The notes under the pieces were generated by a model, which had not been told where the DNA came from, made no database searches, and saw nothing but the letters and a program-made list of their open reading frames with translations. Source: Ministeria vibrans ATCC 50519 (Eukaryota > Protista > Filasterea). Taken from it: DNA of 64,000 nucleotides. The stretch spans positions 142,507-206,506 of the forward strand of contig CALSCP010000335.1 in the NCBI GenBank assembly GCA_943704425.1, read 5' to 3'. A program made the translations under genes and the position numbers. Position 1 is the stretch's first letter; every line of letters begins with the position of its first letter. Below are positions 1-10,968 of this stretch, one piece after another.

Positions 1-107
1 CTCTCTCTCTCTCTATCACTTTGTCTCTATCACTTTGTTTCTCTCTTTCTCTCTCTCTTGCAGACATACTCTCTCTTTTTTTCCCTTCAAATTATATTCC
101 TTCCACA

Positions 108-1016
108 TCAGTGATCAGCCGCCGCGTCGAATTCTTTCGAACCGGCCATTTCAGCCCATTCCGACTCAAGGACAGGTATGGCGTACGCTTGATCGTCTTC
201 TTGTGGACTGCGGTCCTCCTGCTTGTCGTCGACGGTGACGCTCGTTCTGTCTGTCGTGGTCGCAATGGCGTTTGCGGTTTCGTTGTCGCTGTTTTTTGTG
301 GTTTGCGTTGCGTCCGCATGTCCCGCCGACAAGGGCGGCGGGATCCACTGAACGGCGGCGACAGTATTGGAGTCTTGGCTTGGTCGAGCCGTGAGCGGCA
401 CGGGCGGCGGCGGCAAATCGCTCGCAAGATCGAGAGTGCTAGATCCAATACTGCGGGCGCTTCGCGAAGCGTGCGACGAAGTGGAGTGGAGCGACGTGCT
501 GGAGTGCCGTCGTCGCGACATCTCCCGCTGATCCTCTAATACACTCGACGGTAGTGGCTCTGAAGCGGTCAAGGTGGCTGTGGAGGACGTCACGCTGTGA
601 GACGCCTTGTCGCTGGTATTTGAATCTTTTCGCTTCAGCGACGTAGGGCGGGCGCGACGCGACCGCTTCTCGCCCTGCGCCCATGTACGATCATACACAA
701 TCTTCTCGTCGCCAAACGCCGTCTGCGGCTCGCTGTGTGTGAAGATCTGGGGGGTTCGATCACCGTCGGAAGAGCGATTGGGATTGGGAGCACCGCGGGA
801 AGGCTGGGCGGCGGCGGGGGGCGCTGTGCCGTCCTGGGTTAGATGCAGGTTCGACGCAGGGTCGAATCCCTGCTGATGCGCGACATCGTGGATTGTCACC
901 CGGCGCATCGGCTCAGGAGATTTGTAGGGGACGGGTGTCGCTCGCTTTGACTTGACACACATTCCAACTGCGAGTGCAACAAGGACGCACGCGACCACAA
1001 TAAGGAACGGTACCAT
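108..1016 (-). CDS. Hypothetical single-pass membrane protein (~302 aa) with a disordered Ser/Thr/Asp-rich tail
   Basis: ATG at 1016 is followed by hydrophobic MVPFLIVVACVLVALAVGMC and basic VKSKR. The frame is open to TGA at 108. No recognisable domain. Confidence 0.55.
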   Translation of the reverse strand: MVPFLIVVACVLVALAVGMCVKSKRATPVPYKSPEPMRRVTIHDVAHQQGFDPASNLHLTQDGTAPPAAAQPSRGAPNPNRSSDGDRTPQIFTHSEPQTAFGDEKIVYDRTWAQGEKRSRRARPTSLKRKDSNTSDKASHSVTSSTATLTASEPLPSSVLEDQREMSRRRHSSTSLHSTSSHASRSARSIGSSTLDLASDLPPPPVPLTARPSQDSNTVAAVQWIPPPLSAGHADATQTTKNSDNETANAIATTTDRTSVTVDDKQEDRSPQEDDQAYAIPVLESEWAEMAGSKEFDAAADH

Positions 1017-1503
1017 GTTGCAAAGGGCAAGAAAGAACTTGCAAACAAAACAAAAACGCGTGGGCCGTAGGCGAGCGAAAACGGACTGGTGTGGGGTTTT
1101 CACAGATCACAGATGTCCGAAAATCCCGAGTGATTTTTTTTTTGGTTTGCCTGTGATCGAAAAGCAATGAATCCCATGCAAAAAGCGACTACCCAAGCAA
1201 TAACTCTAAACTCGCTGACTGATTGACCCACTCTAGTTAGTCTAGTAAGACGCAAGACGTAAGACGTAGTTAAGCTAGGTTTCAGTAAGAGAGCTGAAAA
1301 GAACAACAATACATTTCTTTAATTTTACAGTCTGATTCAATAATAATAAATAAAGTCTGAGTATCTGACTTGTAATTCACTTTTCTGAGTTGTCTAATGT
1401 CTCAGCCGGTCAAATGTCAGGCCGATTGGCGATTGCACTTTGAGCAATCATTAATTTTGACTCATTTTGTATTTTGTTCAAAATAAATTTGATCAGTCTA
1501 ATT

Positions 1504-2658
1504 ATGCGATCCGCAATCGTGTCGGTCTCAGTTGTGACGCTGTTGCTCTCGGCCGCCTACATTCTCCACAGCGTCTTGTCTTCCAGCCAGCCATTGAGTA
1601 TCTGCATTGAAGATGCCACGCCCGAGTCTAGACAGGCGCTACAGCGCCTCGACGAGCTGTACGGCAGCGCGTCCTTCCCGCGCTGTCACGTCCCCGACTT
1701 TCGCATTGTCTTTGTCGTCCATCCGTCCAACTTTGGCTCGGGCTACATGCGAGGGCACGGACTCATTGCGGCCCTAGGGAATGCCACGGCACGCGCCACC
1801 TCCCCCTCCAACGCAACCTTCCTGCGCGGCGACCACATCTGCATTATCATCAAGACGGTCAGCAGAGCACGACACCTCTGCGACCAATGTCACCAGGTGG
1901 GCGCTGTCTGCGTCTTGGACATCTTAGACGACCACAATTGGCCCAGTGCCGTGGCGCACGTTGACGCTTTCCTCGTTGGCTCGCACGCCGAAGCCGCGTT
2001 TGTCCGCGCTCGTCTGCCGGCCACCGGCCCAAAGCCGCGCGTTGTCGTCGTTGCCCATGGCCACACCAACGATATTGAACCACTTGTACAACTGCCAGGA
2101 CAAGGCCTTGATCCTGTTCGCGTCGTTGGCGACGTCCACTCGTCGCAAAAGGTTCCACTTCTATCAACACAGTCCATTCTCCGGCGCGTTGCAGAGCAAT
2201 TCAATGCCTCCTACGTCCCCTACGAGCTCGTCGATGGCTCTTACGTTCCCCGTACCGGCCTCTCGTACTACCCCATGGCCTTCCAGCGCACTCATCACGA
2301 CTTCACGCGTCTCGTTGACATCGCCGTGGTCGCTCCTCCTGCACTCCCACTGCCCGCTCAGCAACTGCTCTACCACGAAAATAGACCGCTCACTCGCTTC
2401 ATCTACTGGATGTCCCACGGCGTCCCCACCCTCGCCCTCGAAAGCCCTGCTTACCGCGAACTCACCGATGCGCTCAATCTTACCAGCGAGCTCTTTGTCG
2501 CGTCACCGGCGCATCTCGAACACGCTCTGACGCGCCTCATCCTTGACAGGAACCTCCGCCACCGCATCAGCACCACCTTCCTCGCCGCTGCCTCCCGCTT
2601 CTCATTCACTGCCCTTGCCCAAGTCTACCGCCGTGCTCTCTGTGCTCTCCTCCCCTAG
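1504..2658 (+). CDS. Intronless type II membrane glycosyltransferase, GT-B/GT4-like (384 aa)
   Basis: N-terminal signal anchor, GSGYMRG and CVLDILDD motifs. The C-terminal DIAVV...RPLTRFIYWMSHGVPTLALESPAYREL...LEHALTRLILDRNLRHRI...RFS..LAQVY matches the group-1 glycosyltransferase sugar-nucleotide-binding half. Confidence 0.6.
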   Translation: MRSAIVSVSVVTLLLSAAYILHSVLSSSQPLSICIEDATPESRQALQRLDELYGSASFPRCHVPDFRIVFVVHPSNFGSGYMRGHGLIAALGNATARATSPSNATFLRGDHICIIIKTVSRARHLCDQCHQVGAVCVLDILDDHNWPSAVAHVDAFLVGSHAEAAFVRARLPATGPKPRVVVVAHGHTNDIEPLVQLPGQGLDPVRVVGDVHSSQKVPLLSTQSILRRVAEQFNASYVPYELVDGSYVPRTGLSYYPMAFQRTHHDFTRLVDIAVVAPPALPLPAQQLLYHENRPLTRFIYWMSHGVPTLALESPAYRELTDALNLTSELFVASPAHLEHALTRLILDRNLRHRISTTFLAAASRFSFTALAQVYRRALCALLP

Positions 2659-2776
2659 AATTACCTGCGAGTCGCACCGGACTTTAATGTGTGTATATAA
2701 AATCTTTTGTAACGTTTTTATAGTTGTATTTCTCTCTCTGTGTCTCTCTTGTCTCTCTCCTCACACTCCCATGTGT

Positions 2777-3438
2777 CTATCGAAGGATGTCCACAATGAC
2801 TGCCGTCTCTTTTGCGAGCTTGACACCACAATCAAACACAATCGATTTGGTTGATTCATCTTTGAAGTAACCCTATCAAAAACAACAACAACAACAACAG
2901 CAACATTACTATCAGTGACACATCACAGTATTAATTTCTGTATGCACCTTGAGAGTGTCGGAGAAGCTCTTGCTGGACTGAATAAAGTTTCTTCTGTTTC
3001 CATCAAGAACAGAGCGCATGGAAGAAGGCACGGAACGTGCCACAACGGGGCTGTTGAGGTTGTCGAGGAACTCTTTAATAGCGCCCGCAATCTTCTTGAT
3101 GGCAACGAGAAACGTTTGACGCTGTTCAATTTGCGCCTCGAGTGTTCCCAACACCGCCACAAGTGCTTCGCCCAGCTGGATCACGGTCGTGATCTCCGGT
3201 GGCTTCACCATGCGCTGTGCCATCTCAAACCCTTCCAACATCTCCTTCACCGAGTCAGGCGACTTGCCTGTCAAACGTATACGTAGTTAGCGCAAGAGTC
3301 AAGACCGTTTACATTGCAGCATTATGTGAGAGAACACACACACATACACACCATACGACACCAAAAAGACACACATACACCAAAGACACACACACACACA
3401 CACGCACACACACTCTCTCTCTCTCTCACTCTCTCTCT

Positions 3439-3517
<79 letters not shown>

Positions 3518-3700
3518 TGCCTCACAATCCCGCAGCTACACACTGCACACCCAACACAACCACACACACTCATACTTACCCAAGTTCAGCACTTCCTTGA
3601 GAAAAATCAGCCCGCTGCCAGGAAAGACATTTTCGACAGCCGCAAACGCCTCAACAAGCTTGGTTCCAGCCCCGCCCGTCCCCGCATTTGCCTTCGTTGT
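2777..3700 (-). CDS. PDCD10: Programmed cell death 10 / CCM3 homolog. Exons 3700-3580, 3267-2948, 2872-2777; 5' end unresolved near the N gap
   Basis: Spliced product ...LVEAFAAVENVFPG...QRQTFLVAIKKIAGAIKEFLDNLN...FIQSSKSFSDTLK|GYFKD... matches CCM3 FLQTIKDIASAIKELLD / YSKSFSDTLKTYFKD. GT-AG introns keep the frame. Confidence 0.9.
3367..3513. repeat. Intronic (CA)n/(CT)n compound microsatellite
   Basis: Long CA run visible inside a PDCD10 intron. Confidence 0.95.
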
Positions 3701-3799
3701 CTAAATATACCACACACGTAGAATGTCCGTTAGAATCGACGCAGTAGAAGATCGCAACACAGTTCGTCAGAATCCCAAACGCCAATTGCGCGACCATGA

Positions 3800-3809
3800 N
3801 NNNNNNNNN
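3800..3809. other. Assembly gap (N run)
   Basis: Ns in sequence. The 5' exons of both flanking divergent genes are missing. Confidence 0.99.
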
Positions 3810-3990
3810 AGTGATAGAGAGAAAGAGAAACAAAGTGATAGAGAGAAAGAGAAACAAAGTGATAGAGAGAAAGAGAAACAAAGTGATAGAGAGAAAGAGA
3901 AACAAAGTGATAGAGAGAAAGAGAAACAAAGTGATAGAGAGAAAGAGAAACAAAGTGATAGAGAGAAAGAGAAACAAAGTGATAGAGAGA
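3810..3990. repeat. 24-bp minisatellite (AGTGATAGAGAGAAAGAGAAACAA) x ~7.5
   Basis: Perfect head-to-tail copies with no spacers, abutting the gap. Confidence 0.95.
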
Positions 3991-4073
3991 GAGGAAAGAA
4001 TCAAAGTAGTATGTGTATGCGTGAGTGTGGCAGAGAGAGAGAGAGAGGACAGTTGATCGGAATTGCATCTTAG

Positions 4074-5165
4074 GCGGCCTCCACGTTGCGCCCGTTGCTT
4101 GACAGTGCCGTGAAATTCATTCCAAGATCACAGCGAAAGGTTAAAGAGATAATTTCAAAAAAAAAAAAAGAATCAACGATTGCATTTGCGTTTCAGACGA
4201 CGCCCATCGTGGTGCGTGCGACGGCCGGACTGCGTCTGCTGCCCGGTGACCAAGCCGAGGCGATTTTGAATGCTGTCAGCGACTTGCTACACAAGGAGTA
4301 CCCCTTCCAGCTCAAGTCGGATGGCGTTGGGATCATGGACGGCTCTGACGAGGGTCTCTACTCGTGGGTGACCATCAACTATCTGCTGAACAAGGAGCGC
4401 GAGACAATTGCTGTGCTTGACCTGGGCGGCTCGTCCACCCAAATCTCTGTGGAAGCGGTGGGGAGTGCAGTGGCGACGTTGCCAGCGTCACAGCTGGAGT
4501 CGCTAGACTATGCGGGAGCGCAGCGCAGGGTGTTCACGCACTCACACTTGGGCTATGGGCTGATGGCGGCGCGTGCAGCCACCTTCAGCAGCAGCAGCAG
4601 CAGCAGTGGCAGCGAGTCGGTGTGTGTTGCTCCTGGCTCACAGATCACCTATGCGTTTAAAGAGAAGAAGTTTGCACTGACCGGGGCAGCAGATGCGTCC
4701 TTTGCCAAGTGTCAGGGAGCGGTGGAAGAGGCGCTGTTTGCCGGGAAGACGTGCACTGGCTCAAGCAGTAGTGTCGCTGTGCGATGTGCCATTGGCATCC
4801 TGTCTCCCGCGCCCGCCTCGAATGACGTCTTCTATGCCATCTCGTACTACTTTGATCGTGCGCGCGATGCCAATCTGATCCCAGTGAGTGCCACCCACGG
4901 CACCGTCACGCCCCTCATGTTCAAGACGGCAGCGCTCGACGCATGCTCTCTTGCCTCTCCTCAGCTCCACAAGACCTTTCCGCACGCCACCAAGGACGGC
5001 CCTCCCATGCTCTGCTCCGACCTCACGTACATCTATACCCTCCTTGTGCGTGGCTTTGGTCTTGCGGACTCCACCCAAATCCACCTTGGCAAGAAGATTG
5101 ACTATCGTGGCGAAGTGTTCGAGGCCGCCTGGAGCCTGGGCGCTGTTCTACCTCTTGTTCATTGA
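4074..5165 (+). CDS. ENTPD5: GDA1/CD39-family nucleoside diphosphatase (ENTPD5/6-like), 3' part. Exons 4074-4139 and 4197-5165
   Basis: Apyrase conserved regions TPIVVRATAGLRLL, MDGSDEGLYSWVTINYL, LDLGGSSTQI, HSHLGYGL and WSLGA. The first conserved region and N-terminus are not visible and presumably lie in the gap. Confidence 0.88.
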   Translation, partial: AASTLRPLLDSAVKFIPRSQRKVKEIISKKKKESTIAFAFQTTPIVVRATAGLRLLPGDQAEAILNAVSDLLHKEYPFQLKSDGVGIMDGSDEGLYSWVTINYLLNKERETIAVLDLGGSSTQISVEAVGSAVATLPASQLESLDYAGAQRRVFTHSHLGYGLMAARAATFSSSSSSSGSESVCVAPGSQITYAFKEKKFALTGAADASFAKCQGAVEEALFAGKTCTGSSSSVAVRCAIGILSPAPASNDVFYAISYYFDRARDANLIPVSATHGTVTPLMFKTAALDACSLASPQLHKTFPHATKDGPPMLCSDLTYIYTLLVRGFGLADSTQIHLGKKIDYRGEVFEAAWSLGAVLPLVH

Positions 5166-5528
5166 AGCCTTTACAAGTACATTTACAGTTAACATGTTTT
5201 AATTTTTTCTTATTGATGTGATTAATTAATCAATCCTTTAAAAGTAGCATCAATGGTGAAAGGGTACGACTTACGATTGCTTCGTTATAATATTCTACGT
5301 CTTAATAAACTTCGTTGTAATAATATTCGCCATCAATATCTTCCCATTCATCATCTTCCGCATTTATTGCTTCTGTGAATTTTGAATCTGTCATTGTTAT
5401 ATTTTATAGTATACACACAGTATACGATAACAATACATATTTAAGCGCTGTATGCAGCAAAAAAAAGAAAAAGAAAAGAAAAGGTTGATTAGTAGTGTGT
5501 GTGTGTGAGTGTGTGAGTAAGAAAGTAT

Positions 5529-5760
5529 TTGATATCAGATGTGTGTGTGTGTGTGTAGATTTGTTTGTTTTTTCAGGTATTATAAGATTGGACAGACGTA
5601 CGCTCTTTTGACACTTTTTTTTGTAAATTTTGTTGCTTCATATCTGATAGACGAGAAGCGAAAACGAATATTAATCAAAATTGTTCACAAATATCTGATA
5701 TCAATTGAAATATCTGATATCAGATTATCAATTGATTATTGAATTAATTCCTGTTATCAG
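5529..5760. promoter_or_regulatory. Cluster of ATCTGATA/TATCAGAT motifs upstream of LRMDA, including the 14-bp palindrome ATCTGATATCAGAT (5712-5725)
   Basis: At least five copies within about 230 bp before the ATG. Function is inferred from position only. Confidence 0.35.
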
Positions 5761-5786
5761 CTTTGTGCTCGGCTGCTCTCTTGGCC

Positions 5787-7089
5787 ATGTCGGACGACGG
5801 GGAAGCAATAGTGGACGCGCGTGAGGCGGGGAGCGACGCAGAAACACCCACTCAAACAACTGTGGAAGAGTCACCGAGAGAGACTACCCCGCCGCACGAC
5901 GAGCCATCGGCGCCCGCCGAAGACGACCCAGTCGACGACTATGCCCCTGTCGTCGAGGGAAACAAGGTCAGCCGACTCCCTTTTTTGTCTTCTTTTTTTC
6001 AACGTTCTTTCTTCTGCGCTGTAGCTCTCGTTCTCGGGCCACGACGTAACGAAACTACCCGAAGGATTCTCTGCGACCTACGGCACCTCTATTGGTACGT
6101 CAAAACAGTGCGTATCGGGTCACTTTTGGTTTCTCGTCCATTTTAAACACTCCATTCGTCTCTCGTGTTCCCTTTCCTCTTCACGCAACGCTCACACATG
6201 CATACACACACACGCCTCCCCTCACACACACGCACAGCACCCCTTTCCATCAAGGCTTCGTTTTGTTTCATCTCTCTGTCTGTCTGACAGTCCCTCATTC
6301 TTCTTTCTTTCATTATTATTTCTATAATAGAGACTGTGAATTTGAGTTACAATGACCTGGAGACCCTTGCGGGACTCGAAGGATTTACCGAACTGCGTGA
6401 ATTGGTGGTGGACAACAATCTGCTGGGTGCAGCGGAGAGCATGTGTTTGCCTGAGAAGATGGACAAGCTCGAGTTGTTGTCGCTCAACAAAAACCGCATT
6501 CGCGAGATTGAGCCTTTGCTGGATATTCTTGCGGCGCGCTGCCCGAAACTGAGCTACTTGTCACTGCTAGGCAACGACGCATGCCCCAACGAGTTGGTGG
6601 AGAAAGACGAGGACGACTACCAGCGCTACCGGTATTTTGTGCTGCACAAGTTGCCTCAACTGCGCTTCCTCGACTCGCGTTCCGTCAAGGACGCAGAGCG
6701 CGCTGAAGCCAAGCGCATTGGGCAGTACATGCGCGTAGCACGCCTCACAGTTGACGACATATCCACAAACGACCCGGGCGACGGCGGGAAAAGCAACAGT
6801 GGCGGCTCGACGTCCGCCCTCTCGCCAGACACCCCGCCCACCGACTCTTCCGCCTCGACCGACCCGTACTCTGCCCTTCCCGCCGAATTTGCCTCGGACA
6901 CGAACCCGGCTGGCCGTGCCACGTTTGGCGTTTCCAAATACGTCTACTACGGACGTCATTCGGAAGGTACAACGAAAAAAATTATACAAATCGGAAGTAA
7001 AAAGACACATCGATGTATCGGCGGAACTAACGAATGTTCTCGCAATTTTAAATGTAGGCAACCGCTTTATTCGCAACAATGACCTGTAA
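5787..7089 (+). CDS. LRMDA: Leucine-rich melanocyte differentiation-associated protein homolog (C10orf11), 4 exons
   Basis: LRELVVDNN, LSLNKNRI, YLSLLGNDACPNELVEKDEDDYQRYRYFVLHKLPQLRFLD and the terminal KYVYYGRHSE|GNRFIRNNDL* are characteristic of LRMDA. Confidence 0.92.
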
Positions 7090-7902
7090 TAAAATAATAT
7101 AATAAAATTAAAAAAATTTCAAAGGCAAATTTGGGAATAATAGTAACGACTGGTACAGTATGAGAAAATTTGTTGAAAGAAAAATTTCTTATCAGTAGAC
7201 AAAGAGTCACCGATCCAATTTGGGCTGACACCAACTCTGATTTGACGGTGGCTGCCGAGTGGCGAGTGGCGAGTGGCGACACACACCCCTTCATAGTGCT
7301 CTAGGGCCCAAGGCGTCCTTCGTGGAGGTGTGGCGTACCATTGCGATCGTCTCGTGACTGAGATGACTGGATTGCGACGACTCCGACTCGACCTCATCCC
7401 ATCTCTCGCCTGCCACTGTCCCGCCCTCCTCCGTCCTCACTGCTGCGCTCCCATGGCAGCATGCTACCGTAGAGGCGTCTGCTTTGTCCGCTGAGCGTAC
7501 CAGGCGCCCCTGGCCGGTGTCTTGGCCTGCTCAATGTCTTGTAGTGTGACTATGAGTCACGCTCCATTTAATTTTAATTACGGTCGTCCTTTCGCTTCAC
7601 CGTCTGCACCGCTCCTGTCGCGACGCAACGAGGCTTCCTTTCCTGCCTTTTAGAGATATATAGCTTCTGCCCTTCGTGGTTGCCGCTGGATGACGTTGCT
7701 GATATAATTATTTGTCAATCGAGCAAACCGTTTTTTTTTCTTCACGGCAGAAGTTTTCTGCCAATTGATCGCGATTGAATCGATTGACGATTCACGATCG
7801 ACAGCTGTTGAATTAATCTTTTTTCTCTACCCCTACGTGTATACAAGACACACAGTGACCCTGGTGCATCGACCGTTAGCTTGTGCGGCGTGATTCACCT
7901 TC

Positions 7903-10900
7903 ATGAGTGGGCTACAAGCTGATAATTTGCCAGCGTCGTCGCCTGCGAAGAACGCGAGCGTCTCCAGCGAATTTGAGAGTTTGCCCAGGGAACTCCCAGC
8001 CGAGTCGAGCGACCCCTTGCCTGTTGTCGCTCAAGACGAGGCAATTTTGATAAGAGAAAAAAAGCGTACCTTGTCTGCCTCAATTTCACCTACTGGTGGC
8101 GCGGCTGCCGACGGCGACAACAGCGGTGAGAGCACCGACGACGAGTATGACGACGACGCAGCGGGCCTTGCTGGGTCCAACGCTGAGTTTTACAGCAGTC
8201 GGTCGTTTAATCGCATAAGTGACCAACACGATTCGGCGACGTCCTCCCGCCCTTTCGCGTCTCCTCACCAGCGACACGACCTGCGTCGCCGTCGAGCGGC
8301 TGCTGGCGCCAGCGATGGCGATTTTGCCGATGAGCATTCTCAACCCTGGTCTGACCGCACCGCCCGCCGCACATCGACGCGATCCACAACTCCCCCCTCA
8401 ACTCGGTCCACCAGGCGAGGTATGTTTGTTAGGACTGTGCCCATCCAAGACACGCCAACTCAATGCCTCAAATCTTCCTTCGCGTTTTTTTTTTTTTTTT
8501 GTCACACCTCGGCGTGCTCTACATATGCGCGCGCCTGGGCTCGTTTAAGTCCTTTCTCGCATCTCCCTGTATCGCGAGGGGCCTTGCCTTGCAAACTTCC
8601 GCATTGAGACGGGTGTTGTGCTTTTTCGCTAATTTGTTTTTTTATTTCAAACTGCCTCAATCGTGATTTGTGGGACTTTTTTTTTTTCGCATTTGGCGAC
8701 GTTCTTCAAACACAGTCGCCCTCCGCCCGCGTCTCAATCGAGCCCAGTTTGCCCAATCGGGTTGTGTGGGTTCGATTAGGCGTCGTTTTCTGCTCGCGAT
8801 TTCCTTTTTGTGAGCATTCCACCTGATATCGCTCACACACCCGCGGTGCGTCTCCCTAGTCAACGTCTTCGGGATGCGCGAAAGCACCCGAAAACCCCGC
8901 ACTGTCATCAATTCGCTTCAGTATCTTGTGCTTGAGGTGAGTGCGACGACCGAACTTTTCTTTTTCTCGCTTCTCAACTCACGTCTAATTCGACCCGCTC
9001 TTTTCCTCACCCCTCCCCTGCAACTAGTACATCTACAACAACCTACCCATGCCCGAACGCCCACTTCATCGCGTGGTAAGCGAGAACCAGCGCAAACGCC
9101 GAATCCAATTATAGTCTCACATTTACAATAAATCCCTCTTTTAGATCGGCGAGAAGCTCAATCTTGACGACCGTGTCATCAGAATATGGTTTCAAAACCG
9201 CCGAGCAAAGGTACATCAACAAGCGGCGTTTTACTCAGTATTATTTTCATTTTTTTTTGTTTTATCGCACTTTGCTCGTACGGGTTTAATTTAAATACTA
9301 GAATGGGGTTATTGCACTTTTGAAAATTAATCATGAGTTCAAGACGACTTCTCTTAATATTTTATTCTATAATAATTATTAGAGAAGAAGAAGAATACAA
9401 CCCATTTATTAATGATACAGTCACCACGCGATTATAAAATAATTATAATAATAAAATAATTAATAATAATAATAATTATTATTATTATTATTATTGCATT
9501 ATTATTATTATTAATTTTTTTCTTCTTCAACTAATTAATTTATTTATTCGTACCCTACTTCTCACAGGACCGACGATTGATATTGTCTCGTCAACCACCT
9601 TTTGTATGCGACATCAACGAGGAACAAACGCGTGACATTCTCGCCTTGATTGGGAGTCTGCGATTGGTAATTGCCTAAATTAATCGAGGGAGGGAGAAAG
9701 AATCAAAGTGATAAAGAGAAAAAAGAAAAGAAACAACGCGTGAGGGAAAGGGAGAGGGCAAACTCTGATGATTTGTTGTGTATAGCCATTCACGAAGGGA
9801 ACGCGAGCGCCAGCGTACACGTTGCATGGCGACCAAGTGCGACTACGACGACGCAAGAAGATGAAAGGACAAAGGAAAGACGAAAGCCCAGATGAGTTTG
9901 ACGAGTTTGACGAGGCGCTCGCCGATGAAGAATACGAAGTGAAGTCACTGCCCGCCAGTGCGACTACTACTGCTGCTACCGCTGTTGTTGGTGGGGAGCA
10001 AGCAGCTGCAGCAACATCACCAACACCAGCAGCAGCTGCAGAAACATCGTTGTCCTCCACACTAGCACCTCATTATTCTGTCCGGAACACTGCATCTGTT
10101 TCCACAGCAAGTCATTTGCCAGTAAGAGTTTCGAAATATTTTCATTATTTTTTGGGGGGTATTTTTGCGGGGTCTCATTGACGTTTTTTTCTTTCTAGCC
10201 GGCTGTATACTATACGGCAACACTCGGAAGTGCGGAGACAGCAAGTGGAGCAGCAATAAGTGGAACGGCTGACGAGGGTGAGAGGGCGACGAAGAAGAAG
10301 AAGAAGGCGGCGGCGGCGACGACGACAAAGAAGAAAAAGGAGGGGGCTGTGGTGGCGACAGCGGGTGATGCATTGGCGAACACTGGACTGACCGCCCTCT
10401 ACATGTACACCCCGTCATTCAACAAGAGCCAGGAGCGACGATTGGCCGAGCAGCGTACGCGTCAGATTAGCGGGTCGGGTCTCAGTGCGAGCGGGTCTGA
10501 GTCGCCCAAGGGCTCTCTCAAACGCAGTGCCAATAGTTCAACTCGTACACTGGCCACCGAAGAGAAAGACGACGAAGGTGATGATGACGATGGTGATGAT
10601 GATGATGATGATGATTATGACTATGATGCGGAAGTGGATGTGGATGTGGACGTCGAATGTGACGACGACGATGCACTTTCCGCCGTTGTTGCTGATGATA
10701 GCCGTGTCGGACCAGCTGCTAAACGACTCCGGCGGGATCTCAATGAAGAGCAGCTCGCCGACGACGATGCGCCCTCATCCACTCACCGTGATGAAGATAG
10801 GCGCCGTTACACGTACAGTCGTGTGCGCGAGCGTATTCATCAGAATCGGTATGAACAGAAACAACATCAAGAGCAAGAACAACAACAGCAACAACAACAA

Positions 10901-10937
10901 CAACTACAACTACTACAACAACAACAACATCAACAGC

Positions 10938-10968
<31 letters not shown>

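Noticed and set aside
856-873. tRNA T-arm/B-box-like hairpin GCAGGGTCGAATCCCTGC
   Set aside because: No cloverleaf context, and it lies inside a minus-strand ORF (QQGFDPA).
3199-3721. HTHT/CVCV/LSLS ORFs here and elsewhere
   Set aside because: Translations of intronic dinucleotide microsatellites.
3810-3990. 24-bp direct repeats as a CRISPR array, or tetO vector contamination (AGTGATAGAGA matches half of tetO)
   Set aside because: No spacers or cas genes. The full tetO palindrome is absent and the same core motif is scattered natively across the window.
7257-7278. (GAGTGGC)x3 upstream of the homeobox gene
   Set aside because: Too short to distinguish from slippage, with no support for function.
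10199-10349. Apparent frameshift between the homeobox exons and the polyQ ORF
   Set aside because: The exon starting at 10199 is in the same frame as ORF 10349-11563, with no stop between them.
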